This document shows, piece by piece, positions 47,887-57,389 of a stretch of 64,000 bases of DNA. The stretch is from positions 14,495 to 78,494 of the forward strand of contig JAIOYR010000004.1 of the NCBI GenBank assembly GCA_021740995.1, read 5' to 3'. A model generated the notes under the pieces. The model saw only the letters and a list, made by a program, of their open reading frames with translations, did no database searches and was not told where the DNA came from. This stretch comes from Taibaiella sp. GTDB lineage: Bacteria > Bacteroidota > Bacteroidia > Chitinophagales > Chitinophagaceae. The position numbers were made by a program, and so were the translations under genes. Numbering within the stretch: the first letter of the stretch is position 1; every line of letters starts with the position of its first letter.

Positions 47887-47937
47887 TTCGGCAAACCTTG
47901 ATGGGTTGTCGGTAAAAGGTTGGATACAGGCGGTGAA
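47887..47937 (-). promoter_or_regulatory. Three CGG(C/T)(A/G)AA repeats at 21-bp period, LytTR-type operator
   Basis: ttcggcaaa (47887), gtcggtaaa (47908), ggcggtgaa (47929). Confidence 0.55.
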
Positions 47938-48043
47938 AGTTGAATTGGCATCAGACGCAACCAAAGTCGGGAACGCTTCGATAAAACGCAACAAAGCCAC
48001 ACCTTTGCAGGTATGGCTTTGGAATAAATGATCAGAGTATCTA

Positions 48044-49048
48044 CTATGGCACTTCCACCACATTCAGTATATCATTGAGTATCTGTTCGCTGGTAATGTT
48101 TTCGGCTTCTGCCTCGTAAGTAAGCCCTATACGGTGGCGCATTACATCGTGGCACACAGCACGCACATCTTCCGGTATCACATAACCTCTGCGCTTGATG
48201 AAGGCATACGCCTTGGATGCCAGTGCCAGATTGATGCTGGCACGGGGTGAGCCTCCATAGCTGATGTATGGTTTTAGTTTGCCCAGTTTGTATTCTTCCG
48301 GAAAACGGGTAGCAAATACAATATCCAGTATGTATTGCTCTATCTTCTCGTCCATGTATACCTCACGCACCAGACCGCGTGCTTTTATTATTTCTTCTGT
48401 GCTTACTACCGGGTTTATTTTTACAGACCCGGCAGGGTTGAGGTTGGTACGTATTATCTGTCGTTCTTCATCTTTTTTGGGATAGGTGATTACTATCTTC
48501 AGCATAAAACGGTCTACCTGTGCTTCGGGCAGCTCGTAGGTGCCCTCCTGCTCTATGGGGTTTTGGGTAGCCAGTACCAGGAAAGGCTCATCCAGCTTAT
48601 AAGTGCTGTCGCCAATGGTTACCTGGCGTTCCTGCATGGCCTCCAGCAGGGCACTCTGCACCTTGGCGGGGGCACGGTTTATTTCATCTGCCAGAATAAA
48701 GTTGGCAAAGATAGGCCCCTTGCGCACTGCAAATACGTGCTCCTGAGGGTTGTAGACCATAGTACCCAGCACATCGGCAGGGAGCAGGTCGGGGGTAAAC
48801 TGTATGCGCGCAAAACGGGCGTGTATAGCAGATGCCAGCGACTTGATGGCGAGTGTTTTGGCAAGACCGGGCACACCCTCCAGCAGCACATGACCATTAG
48901 CCAGCATACCTATCATCAGGCGCTCTACCATGTGTTTCTGTCCCACAACAGCCTTGTTGAGCTCCATTGCCAGCAAGTCTATGAATGCACTTTGCTGGTG
49001 GATACGTTCGTTCAGTTCACGGATGTCGAAAGAAGAAGATATTTCCAT
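48044..49048 (-). CDS. MoxR-family AAA+ ATPase
   Basis: LLEGVPGLAKT, RIQFTPDLLPAD, ADEINRAPAKVQSALLEAM, ATQNPIEQEGTY. Confidence 0.96.
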   Translation of the reverse strand: MEISSSFDIRELNERIHQQSAFIDLLAMELNKAVVGQKHMVERLMIGMLANGHVLLEGVPGLAKTLAIKSLASAIHARFARIQFTPDLLPADVLGTMVYNPQEHVFAVRKGPIFANFILADEINRAPAKVQSALLEAMQERQVTIGDSTYKLDEPFLVLATQNPIEQEGTYELPEAQVDRFMLKIVITYPKKDEERQIIRTNLNPAGSVKINPVVSTEEIIKARGLVREVYMDEKIEQYILDIVFATRFPEEYKLGKLKPYISYGGSPRASINLALASKAYAFIKRRGYVIPEDVRAVCHDVMRHRIGLTYEAEAENITSEQILNDILNVVEVP

Positions 49049-49249
49049 ATTGTATTGATGCGATTTTATTTCAATGATTTATAAAGAACCAAAAATATAA
49101 CGGTAATCCCAAAAACAAGTACATTAGTTTTAGTTTTAACTTTTTTTAAAAATATGACCTTGAGTGCCAGCATGTCTTCCTTACAGGCAGATGTAATACC
49201 TTTGTAGTCAATTCCTTTAAAACCCGGGACGAATTTATATTTTTTATTT

Positions 49250-49576
49250 ATGGATAATTTTGAACAGCGCTGGTTAGATACGCAGAATATGCTCCGGGAG
49301 CGGTTTGGCAAGTTGCCGGATATGGAGGGTATATTGTTTCTGATAGGAGTAAATGAGTTGGGTAAAATGCCCAGAAAGAAGTTCTCTAAGGAGCAAAAGC
49401 AAGACCTGATGCATGTGGCAGTGTGCACCTTGCTAAGTCAGTATGGGTATTATGAGTTTGTGGGCAGAGATGAGGAGGGTTGGCCCCACTTCACCAAGCT
49501 GGAGAGTATACCGATGGTAGGGATGGCCGAGCAGGAGCTCATTCTGAAAGAATGTGTGATTAAGTATTTTGAGTAA
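49250..49576 (+). CDS. Conserved hypothetical protein
   Basis: ILFLIGVNELG, KEQKQDLMHVAVCTLLS..GYY...GWPHF pattern typical of a Bacteroidota family. Confidence 0.8.
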   Translation: MDNFEQRWLDTQNMLRERFGKLPDMEGILFLIGVNELGKMPRKKFSKEQKQDLMHVAVCTLLSQYGYYEFVGRDEEGWPHFTKLESIPMVGMAEQELILKECVIKYFE

Positions 49577-49611
49577 TGTCGAATTGGACACCTCCATCGC
49601 GTAAAAGATTT

Positions 49612-49666
49612 CACGCAAAGTTCGCAGAGACAATTTTGATGTGATATACACGCAAAGCGCGCAAAG
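49612..49666. repeat. CACGCAAAG-nn-CGCAAAG repeats
   Basis: cacgcaaagttcgcagag and cacgcaaagcgcgcaaag. Confidence 0.7.
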
Positions 49667-49757
49667 ACTCCATCTTTGTATACCTATTTTTTATGCCTAA
49701 TTGTTATAAAAACGAGAATAGAGGCGCCTACCTGCAGCATATCGCTGCTTTGTCCGG

Positions 49758-51320
49758 TCAGTCTTTCACCACTTTACCTGCATAGATGCCATTCACCTTT
49801 ATGTTGTACATGCCTGGTGGCAGGCTGTCCATATCTACAGTTACTTTAGGGGCATTGTATTGTTTGCTGAGTATCTCTTTGCCAGCATTGTTTACAAAGG
49901 TAACCTGTTCTATCAGCGTGTTTTTTCCGTTTGCACCTGCCATAGCTATCACCAGTGTATTGTTGGCTGAGCCCGCGGTTATCTTTACAGCACTTGCAGG
50001 AGTATTGTAATTCGTGCTTATTTCACGTGGTGCGGGCGCTACACTTTTAGATTCACTGATCACTACTGCCGGTACATCCTTTTTGCCCGATGCCAGGCAC
50101 AGCACATTATTCAGGATGAGGCGGTAGCCGGGCGAGTTGGGGAATTTGTCGAGGTCTGTAGGCGGCTCCCCTACTATGTGCTGATAGTCTTCTGGGTCGT
50201 GCCCGCCATAAAATGTCCATGTGCCATCCAGATACTTACCATGTATATAACGCGCCTCATATACATCTTTGCGCTCTCCCAATATCACCACGTCCGGTTT
50301 TAGTGCCTCTTTGCGAAAAGAGGTGGTTTGTCCCATAAAACCCTTAATACGTTTAGTATGGTTTTGGCACAACATAGTCGGTACCGGGTCAAATTTGGCC
50401 GGGAAAGGCATGAGGGAGAAGTAGTCAGTGCTTTCGGGCAGGAAACGAAAAGAAGTATTGTCTATAGTAGAATATTCATACTCAAAGCGGTTGGTGGATA
50501 TTGTAAAGTTTGTGAAGGCAAAACAGTTGTTAAAGTTGAGCTTAGCCTGAGCGGCGGGGTCTATTGCATCACCATCAAACGGGGTATCGCAGATATCCAC
50601 ACCATTTGCTGCCAGGGCAATATCGTAGGTATCTGTAGCAGAGCACATGGCAAACAGATTGCCTCCGGCAGCTACAAAGTCCCGTATTTTTTTTACCACT
50701 GCAAGTTGCATCTGGCTTACTTTCCTAAATTTGTTTTTGGCAGCCAGTTGTTGTGTTTCCCTGCAATCGGTCAGGTACCAGGGGGCGTCCTTATACTGTG
50801 CCCAAAACTTGCCATACTGCCCTGTGAAATCCTCGTGATGCAGATGCAGCCAGTCATATTTATTGAGTTTGCCTTCCAGCACCTCAGTCACATATAGCTT
50901 GTCGAAGGGGATACCTGCATTTGTAAGGGCAAGGGTTACAGCATCGTCCCAGGGTTTTTTGCCTGATGGTGTATAGACGGCAATTTTAGGCACCTTATCA
51001 AGCGTTATTGCATCGCCGTTGAAGCTTGAAGCCGATACTTTTTTTATGGCTGTCATATATTCCGAATTGCTCATTCGTGTGAAGGACACTCCTTTTTGTT
51101 TGCAGGTGGCATCGTAGGTAGCACTATACTCCATCACAAAGCTACCGCCCTTATAGTTGAGCAGCCATTCCACCCTGTTACCATTAGATATAGCTGCATA
51201 GACAACGCCGTAGGCCCGCAGATGATTGGTCTGGCGGTCGTCCATAGGAATGAACAGCTTTGCGCCATAAGTGGTTATGCATACGAGTAATGATAATAAA
51301 GCAGTTAAACCGGTTTTCAT
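49758..51320 (-). CDS. Bacteroidota conserved exported protein (family often labelled 'asparagine synthetase B') with a C-terminal CTD-like extension
   Basis: LFIPMD..QTNHLRAYG, YDWLHLHHEDFTGQYGKF, GGHDPEDYQH, SPGYRLILNN; tail LPPGMYNIKV. Start moved to MKTG. Confidence 0.8.
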   Translation of the reverse strand: MKTGLTALLSLLVCITTYGAKLFIPMDDRQTNHLRAYGVVYAAISNGNRVEWLLNYKGGSFVMEYSATYDATCKQKGVSFTRMSNSEYMTAIKKVSASSFNGDAITLDKVPKIAVYTPSGKKPWDDAVTLALTNAGIPFDKLYVTEVLEGKLNKYDWLHLHHEDFTGQYGKFWAQYKDAPWYLTDCRETQQLAAKNKFRKVSQMQLAVVKKIRDFVAAGGNLFAMCSATDTYDIALAANGVDICDTPFDGDAIDPAAQAKLNFNNCFAFTNFTISTNRFEYEYSTIDNTSFRFLPESTDYFSLMPFPAKFDPVPTMLCQNHTKRIKGFMGQTTSFRKEALKPDVVILGERKDVYEARYIHGKYLDGTWTFYGGHDPEDYQHIVGEPPTDLDKFPNSPGYRLILNNVLCLASGKKDVPAVVISESKSVAPAPREISTNYNTPASAVKITAGSANNTLVIAMAGANGKNTLIEQVTFVNNAGKEILSKQYNAPKVTVDMDSLPPGMYNIKVNGIYAGKVVKD

Positions 51321-51592
51321 CAAAATCCTGAAAGTACTTATGAGTTGAATATACCTCCGAATATACACAATTTTATAAAGAGCACTTTTTCAGGGTGTTT
51401 ATGTCCACGAAATGTGCCAAGATAGTGTGACTGCTGATTGCTGCAAAATGAAGGCCGATAACGGCAATTATTCTGGAGTTCGTTTTAGAGTACTACACTT
51501 TGCTCAAATATATTATTAAAAGTATGTATATATAATACCGAAACGGCCTATATTACAGACAATTGCAATTGTTTTATGATAAATTATTGTGC

Positions 51593-51600
51593 TACCTTTG
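51593..51600 (+). promoter_or_regulatory. Sigma-A -7 element for the epimerase operon
   Basis: TACCTTTG. Confidence 0.6.
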
Positions 51601-51620
51601 CATCCCAAATCACTTATCAA

Positions 51621-52694
51621 TTGAACAATATATCCATCCTTGTTACAGGCGGTTGTGGCTTTGTAGGCAGCAATCTGTCGCTGATGCTGAAGCAGAAGTA
51701 CCCCACATACGATATTGTAACACTTGACAACCTGAAACGCCGAGGCTCTGAGCTGAACCTGCCCAAACTAAAGGCTGCAGGTATAGAATTTATACATGGC
51801 GACATACGCAACCGGGAAGATCTGGAGCTCAACCGAAAATTTGACTATATAATAGATGCTGCCGCAGAACCATCGGTGATGGCGGGAATGGGCGCTGAGC
51901 TGAGCTATGTAATTAACACCAATCTGAGCGGCACCATAAATACGCTGGAGCTGGCAGCACGCAGCGGCGCCAAGTTTATATTCCTGTCTACAAGCAGGGT
52001 ATACCCTATAGCCTATCTGGAACAAATACAATATACAGAAGGTGCTACAAGGTTCGATATATCTGAACAACAGACCATTGCAGGGGTAAGCAGCAAGGGT
52101 ATTGCAGAAAATTTTCCGCTCAATAAAGCACGTTCTGTCTACGGAACTACAAAATTGGCATCAGAATTGCTGTTAGAAGAATTCCGGGAGTTCTTTGGGG
52201 TAAACTATGTGATAAACCGATGTGGGGTAATAGCGGGTCCGCACCAGATGGGCAAGGTAGACCAGGGTGTAATAACCCTGTGGGTAGCGCGCCACTACTG
52301 GGGTAGGGATGTAGCCTACTTTGGATATGGAGGTACGGGCAAGCAAGTGAGGGATGCTATGCACATCTATGACTTGTTTGACCTGGTAGATTATGAGATT
52401 CATAATTTCGATGTGGTGAATGGTCATACACTCAATGCTGGTGGAGGAGTGGCTTCGAGTGTATCACTGCAGGAGCTTACGGCTATATGTGCTGAAGTGA
52501 CAGGCAATAAAGTAGGTGCATCGTCGGTAATGGAAAACCGCAAAGGTGACATTCCGCTTTATATCACTGACAACACCCGCATAACTGAACTGACAGGATG
52601 GGCACCTAAAAGAAACGTAAAGGATATAATAACCGATACGTATAACTGGATACACAGAAACGAGGAACAACTTAAACCGATATTAAACGCATAA
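51621..52694 (+). CDS. NAD-dependent epimerase/dehydratase (CDP-paratose/tyvelose epimerase-like)
   Basis: TGGCGFVG, YGTTK, GTGKQVRD; probable TTG start at 51621. Confidence 0.9.
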   Translation: MNNISILVTGGCGFVGSNLSLMLKQKYPTYDIVTLDNLKRRGSELNLPKLKAAGIEFIHGDIRNREDLELNRKFDYIIDAAAEPSVMAGMGAELSYVINTNLSGTINTLELAARSGAKFIFLSTSRVYPIAYLEQIQYTEGATRFDISEQQTIAGVSSKGIAENFPLNKARSVYGTTKLASELLLEEFREFFGVNYVINRCGVIAGPHQMGKVDQGVITLWVARHYWGRDVAYFGYGGTGKQVRDAMHIYDLFDLVDYEIHNFDVVNGHTLNAGGGVASSVSLQELTAICAEVTGNKVGASSVMENRKGDIPLYITDNTRITELTGWAPKRNVKDIITDTYNWIHRNEEQLKPILNA

Positions 52695-52697
52695 GAA

Positions 52698-53762
52698 ATG
52701 AATATTGCAATAGTCAGTGGCTCGAATGGCCTTATAGGTAGCGAAAGTGTAAGTTTTCTTGCCGATAAAATGGACCTTGTCATAGGTATAGACAATGACC
52801 AGAGGGCGTATTTCTTTGGCCCTTCTGCATCTACAAAGTGGAATAAGGAAGTGCTGGAAGGCAAGTATAGCAACTACAAGGCCTACAACCACGATATACG
52901 TGATTATGCAAGCCTGGAGCCTATATTCAAAGAATATGGCAACGATATAAAAATAGTAGTGCATACCGCAGCGCAGCCCAGCCACGACTGGGCAGCTAAG
53001 GAGCCTATTACCGACTTCACCATCAATGCCAACGGTACGCTCAACTTTCTGGAGCTGACACGCCAGCATTGCCCCAAGGCAGTATTTATCTTCACCAGTA
53101 CCAACAAGGTGTATGGCGATACGCCTAACTTTCTGCCACTGGTAGAGCTGGATAAGCGGTGGGAGATAGCAGAAACGCATCCTTACTTTAAGGAAGGTAT
53201 TGACGAAAACATGAGCATAGACAACTCAAAGCACTCTGTATTCGGTGCATCGAAGGTTGCGGCTGATGTGATGGTGCAGGAGTATGGCAAATATTTCGAC
53301 ATGAACACAGCTGTGTTTCGTGGTGGCTGCCTTACGGGTCCGCAGCACTCAGGTGCACAGTTGCACGGCTTCCTGTCTTACCTGATGAAGTGTGCTATCA
53401 CCAAAGACCATTACACCATATTTGGCTACAAGGGCAAGCAGGTGCGTGACAATATACACGCATGGGATCTGGTAAATATGTTCTGGCACTTCTACCAGAA
53501 CCCACAACCGGGCGGACAGGTATATAATGCAGGTGGCGGCAGGTTCTCCAACTGCTCTATGCTGGAGGCAATAGAAATATGTGAGCAGATAACCGGCAAC
53601 AAAATGAACTTCAGCTACACCAACGACAACCGCAGCGGAGATCATATCTGGTACATATCAGACCTTACCAAGTTTAAAACACACTACCCGGGCTGGGAGT
53701 ACAAATACTCGCTGGAGGTAACCATGCAGCAGATATTTGAGAACATGAAGGCAAGGGTGTAG
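52698..53762 (+). CDS. NAD-dependent epimerase/dehydratase (CDP-paratose/tyvelose epimerase-like)
   Basis: [42 protein letters not shown]. Confidence 0.9.
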   Translation: MNIAIVSGSNGLIGSESVSFLADKMDLVIGIDNDQRAYFFGPSASTKWNKEVLEGKYSNYKAYNHDIRDYASLEPIFKEYGNDIKIVVHTAAQPSHDWAAKEPITDFTINANGTLNFLELTRQHCPKAVFIFTSTNKVYGDTPNFLPLVELDKRWEIAETHPYFKEGIDENMSIDNSKHSVFGASKVAADVMVQEYGKYFDMNTAVFRGGCLTGPQHSGAQLHGFLSYLMKCAITKDHYTIFGYKGKQVRDNIHAWDLVNMFWHFYQNPQPGGQVYNAGGGRFSNCSMLEAIEICEQITGNKMNFSYTNDNRSGDHIWYISDLTKFKTHYPGWEYKYSLEVTMQQIFENMKARV

Positions 53763-53766
53763 TTCT

Positions 53767-53798
53767 AAATTCCAATATTCAAATCCCAAAATCCAAAG
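53767..53798. repeat. AAAT(T/C)CCAA-type intergenic repeats
   Basis: aaattccaa..aaatcccaaaatccaaa; same family at 55787-55835. Confidence 0.5.
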
Positions 53799-53799
53799 A

Positions 53800-54543
53800 T
53801 TGAAACTGAGTGTAGTAATACCGGCATATAACGAGGCTGAAAACCTGCCTGATACGCTCAATGCGTTTCATGATGAGCTGCGTGCGCAAAATATAGACCA
53901 TGAGCTGCTGGTGATAAATGACAACTCAAAAGATAATACGATAGAGGTAATAACAGAACTGCAGAAAAAAATGCCTAGCCTGCGCACTATCTTCAATCCG
54001 CCACCACACAATGGCTTTGGGTTTGCGATACGCAGAGGGCTCGAAAATTTCAGTGGCGATTGTGTAGCCATTGTTATGGCAGATCTATCTGACGACCCCA
54101 AAGATCTGGTGAAGTTTTATAACACCATGATAGAGCAGAAGGTGGATTGTGTATTTGGTGACCGCTGGGGCAAGGGTGGGGAAGTAATAGACTACCCTAA
54201 GAACAAACTGTACCTGAACCGCTTTGTAAACCGTATGATAAGCATCGTATTCAGGATGCGCTACCGCGATACCACCAATGCCTTCAAGCTATATAGCCGG
54301 AGGGCTATGGAGGGGCTGAAGCCCTATATGTCGCCCCATTTTAACCTTACAGTAGAGCTCCCCCTGAAAGCGGTGGTGCGTGGCTACTCATTTGCAGTGG
54401 TGCCCAACTCGTGGCGCAACCGCAAACATGGCACATCTAACCTCAAAATAAAAGAAATGGGCAGCCGCTACTTCTTTATAGTGCTCTACTGCCTTATAGA
54501 GAAGTTCTTCAGCCGAGGGGATTTTAAGAAGAAGTGGGATTGA
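53800..54543 (+). CDS. Family 2 glycosyltransferase (DPM1-like)
   Basis: LSVVIPAYNE, INDNSKD, MADLSD, DTTNAFKLY. Confidence 0.93.
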   Translation: MKLSVVIPAYNEAENLPDTLNAFHDELRAQNIDHELLVINDNSKDNTIEVITELQKKMPSLRTIFNPPPHNGFGFAIRRGLENFSGDCVAIVMADLSDDPKDLVKFYNTMIEQKVDCVFGDRWGKGGEVIDYPKNKLYLNRFVNRMISIVFRMRYRDTTNAFKLYSRRAMEGLKPYMSPHFNLTVELPLKAVVRGYSFAVVPNSWRNRKHGTSNLKIKEMGSRYFFIVLYCLIEKFFSRGDFKKKWD

Positions 54544-54641
54544 TTATCAATTTGCCACATAGCCACATAACCATTTCCTACCTGCCTTTTTCCTTTCCTG
54601 CTGTTTATTTCGCTAATTTTACAATCTCAAATCTGATACTG

Positions 54642-55766
54642 ATGGTGGAGTTGCAAAGTTTGTATGAGCGCGCTATGCGCTTCGAGTTTCTGAGTGCAGA
54701 GGAGGGTGTATTTTTATTTGAGCATGCGCCCCTTGCCGATCTTACCTATATAGCCAATGAGCTGCGCAAGATACAGGTGCCGCATGGCAAGGTGACCTGG
54801 ATAATAGACCGCAATGTAAATACTACCAATGTATGTGTAGCCAATTGTAAATTCTGCAATTTTTACCGCATTCCCGGTCATGCCGAGGCCTATATAACAG
54901 ATATAGATACCTACAAACAGAAGATAGACGAGACTTTCCGCTATGGCGGGGAGCAGCTGCTATTGCAGGGCGGGCATCATCCTGATCTGGGTCTGGCGTA
55001 TTACGTAGACTTATTCAAACAACTTAAGGGTCTCTACCCAAACCTGAAGTTACACGCACTGGGACCACCGGAAGTGGCCCATATAACCAAGCTGGAAAAA
55101 AGCACACATCACGCAGTGCTGCTGGCGCTAAAGGAGGCCGGGCTGGACAGCCTGCCCGGTGCAGGTGCCGAAATACTGAATGACCGTGTGCGCAGACTGG
55201 TATCTAACGGTAAGTGTGGCGCACAAGAGTGGCTGGATGTGATGCACGAAGCCCACAAGCTGGACCTAACCACCAGTGCTACCATGATGTTTGGGCATGT
55301 GGAGACGCTTTATGAGCGTTTTGAGCATCTGGTTAAGCTACGCGAAGTGCAGGCCAAAAAACCGGAGAGCGCCAAGGGCTTTCTGGCATTTATACCCTGG
55401 ACTTTTCAGGATGTGGATACACTACTGCAGCGCATACGTGGCACCCGAAACCTCACTACGCCCGAGGAATACATACGCATGATAGCCCTGAGCCGCATAA
55501 TGCTGCCCAATGTGAAGAACATACAGGCATCATGGCTGACAGTAGGCAAAGAGATAGCTCAGATATGCCTGCACAGCGGCGCCAACGACTTTGGTTCTAT
55601 AATGATTGAGGAAAATGTGGTGAGTGCTGCCGGTGCCCCGCACAGGTTCACCGCTGCCAGCATACAGGAGAGCATAAGAGCAGCAGGCTTTGAGCCACAG
55701 CTACGCAACCAGCAATATGAGTTCCGGGAGATGCCGGTACTGGAAGAGCAGGTGATAACCTACTAA
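54642..55766 (+). CDS. mqnC: Cyclic dehypoxanthinyl futalosine synthase (radical SAM)
   Basis: CVANCKFC, LLQGGHHP, SLPGAGAEIL, ATMMFGHVET, NIQASW, GANDFGSIMIEENVV. Start moved to MVELQ. Confidence 0.9.
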   Translation: MVELQSLYERAMRFEFLSAEEGVFLFEHAPLADLTYIANELRKIQVPHGKVTWIIDRNVNTTNVCVANCKFCNFYRIPGHAEAYITDIDTYKQKIDETFRYGGEQLLLQGGHHPDLGLAYYVDLFKQLKGLYPNLKLHALGPPEVAHITKLEKSTHHAVLLALKEAGLDSLPGAGAEILNDRVRRLVSNGKCGAQEWLDVMHEAHKLDLTTSATMMFGHVETLYERFEHLVKLREVQAKKPESAKGFLAFIPWTFQDVDTLLQRIRGTRNLTTPEEYIRMIALSRIMLPNVKNIQASWLTVGKEIAQICLHSGANDFGSIMIEENVVSAAGAPHRFTAASIQESIRAAGFEPQLRNQQYEFREMPVLEEQVITY

Positions 55767-55786
55767 ATGCAAATTTCAAAAAGAGG

Positions 55787-55835
55787 AAATTCCAAATCCC
55801 AAAGAAGCAAAATGATGATGCTCTTTGGGATTTGG
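55787..55835. repeat. Inverted AAATCCCAAAG repeat forming a hairpin
   Basis: ccaaatcccaaag...ctttgggatttgg followed by a T-run; may act as the mqnC terminator. Confidence 0.6.
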
Positions 55836-56004
55836 TTTTTTTTTGAATGGCTCTTATTGCCCAATAACCCCCACATTTCCCTTCAACAAATTTCCCCCAG
55901 AGTTAATACTACGCATTTCATTTTTTTGTGTAGGTTTGTAATGTGCTGCTACAGAGCAGTTTTAGCCGAAGGGTGTGTACCTTCGCGAGGTAATAATTCC
56001 GGCA

Positions 56005-57381
56005 ATGGCCAATCAACATAATATATTTCTTGCTAAGAGTGAAGTGAAAACGAATGACCTTGAGCATAAGCGTAAGGTGGCGTTTAATATTCAGAAGTAC
56101 AATGACAGCGTAGTAAAAGGCAAAAAACAATACAGCAATCTGGAACTGGCCAGGCAGAAGGCAAAAAACATAAAGTGGAAGACAATAGAAAATCTGGATA
56201 CCTATCTGGAGCAGTTTGAGAAAAACTTTACTGCCAATGGCGGCAAGCTGATATGGGCCGAAAATGCAGAAGAGGCACAACAGGCTATATTACAGATATG
56301 CCTCGAGAAAAACACCAAGCAGGTGGTGAAAGCAAAGTCGATGGTGACGGAAGAGATACACCTGAATGCTTTTCTTTCGGACCATGGCATAGAATCGGTA
56401 GAGACAGACCTGGGAGAATATATACAACAGCTGGACGGAGAGCCACCCTACCATATAGTAACACCCGCCATGCACAAAAGCAAGGAGGATGTGGCAAAAC
56501 TATTTCATGATAAACTGGGTACAGAGCCAAACCTGAGCCCATCTGAAATAACAATGATAGCCCGTCGCAACCTGCGGCGTAAGTATGCCACGGCTGAAAT
56601 AGGAGTTACCGGGGGTAATTTTCTTCTGGCAGATATTGGTGCAGTATGTGTAACCGAAAACGAAGGCAATGGCAGGCTTTCTACCACCCTGCCCAAAACA
56701 CACATAGCCATAGTGGGTATAGAAAAACTACTGCCTTCGGTGAACGACTTGCCACTGTTCTGGCCGCTGCTGGGAACTTACGGTACCGGACAGCAGCTAA
56801 CGGTTTACAACACTATATTCTCAGGGCCACGAAAGGCCAACGAGACCGATGGACCCGAAGAAATGTATGTGATACTGCTGGACAACGGACGTACTAACCT
56901 GATGCGCAAAGAGGTCCGTGAAAGCATGTATTGCATTCGCTGCGGCTCTTGCCTCAATGCCTGCCCTGTGTATAAAAACATAGGAGGTCATGCATATGGT
57001 GCTACCTATAGCGGCCCTATAGGCGCTGTGATTACCCCCCACCTGGAAGGGATGAATGAATACAAACACCTCAGCTATGCATCGAGCCTGTGTGGCAACT
57101 GCACAGAGGTGTGCCCGGTGAAAATAAACATTCACGAGATGCTGCTGGAGAACAGGAAAATAGCGGTAGAGGATAATCTGAATGGATTTAAAGAACATGC
57201 TGTATGGGCTATGTGGGAGCGCGCTATGCTGAGCCGAAACCTGATGAATGCCGCAGGAGCGGGAATAAAGAACAAGATAGTGAACGGCATGTTTAAAGAC
57301 AGCTGGGTGCGGCACCGCACGCAACTGCACTTTGCCGAAAAACCATTCAACAAAATGTGGAAGGAACGAAATAAGAAATAG
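56005..57381 (+). CDS. lutB: Lactate utilization protein B (LutB/LldF), iron-sulfur
   Basis: KSMVTEEI, ETDLGEYI, HIVTPAMH, TENEGNG, CIRCGSCLNACP, SSLCGNCTEVCP. Confidence 0.92.
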   Translation: MANQHNIFLAKSEVKTNDLEHKRKVAFNIQKYNDSVVKGKKQYSNLELARQKAKNIKWKTIENLDTYLEQFEKNFTANGGKLIWAENAEEAQQAILQICLEKNTKQVVKAKSMVTEEIHLNAFLSDHGIESVETDLGEYIQQLDGEPPYHIVTPAMHKSKEDVAKLFHDKLGTEPNLSPSEITMIARRNLRRKYATAEIGVTGGNFLLADIGAVCVTENEGNGRLSTTLPKTHIAIVGIEKLLPSVNDLPLFWPLLGTYGTGQQLTVYNTIFSGPRKANETDGPEEMYVILLDNGRTNLMRKEVRESMYCIRCGSCLNACPVYKNIGGHAYGATYSGPIGAVITPHLEGMNEYKHLSYASSLCGNCTEVCPVKINIHEMLLENRKIAVEDNLNGFKEHAVWAMWERAMLSRNLMNAAGAGIKNKIVNGMFKDSWVRHRTQLHFAEKPFNKMWKERNKK

Positions 57382-57389
57382 CAGCCCAT

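Noticed and set aside
54642-57381. mqnC and lutB without their pathway partners
   Set aside because: Futalosine and lactate-utilisation genes are commonly scattered in this lineage, so this is not unusual.
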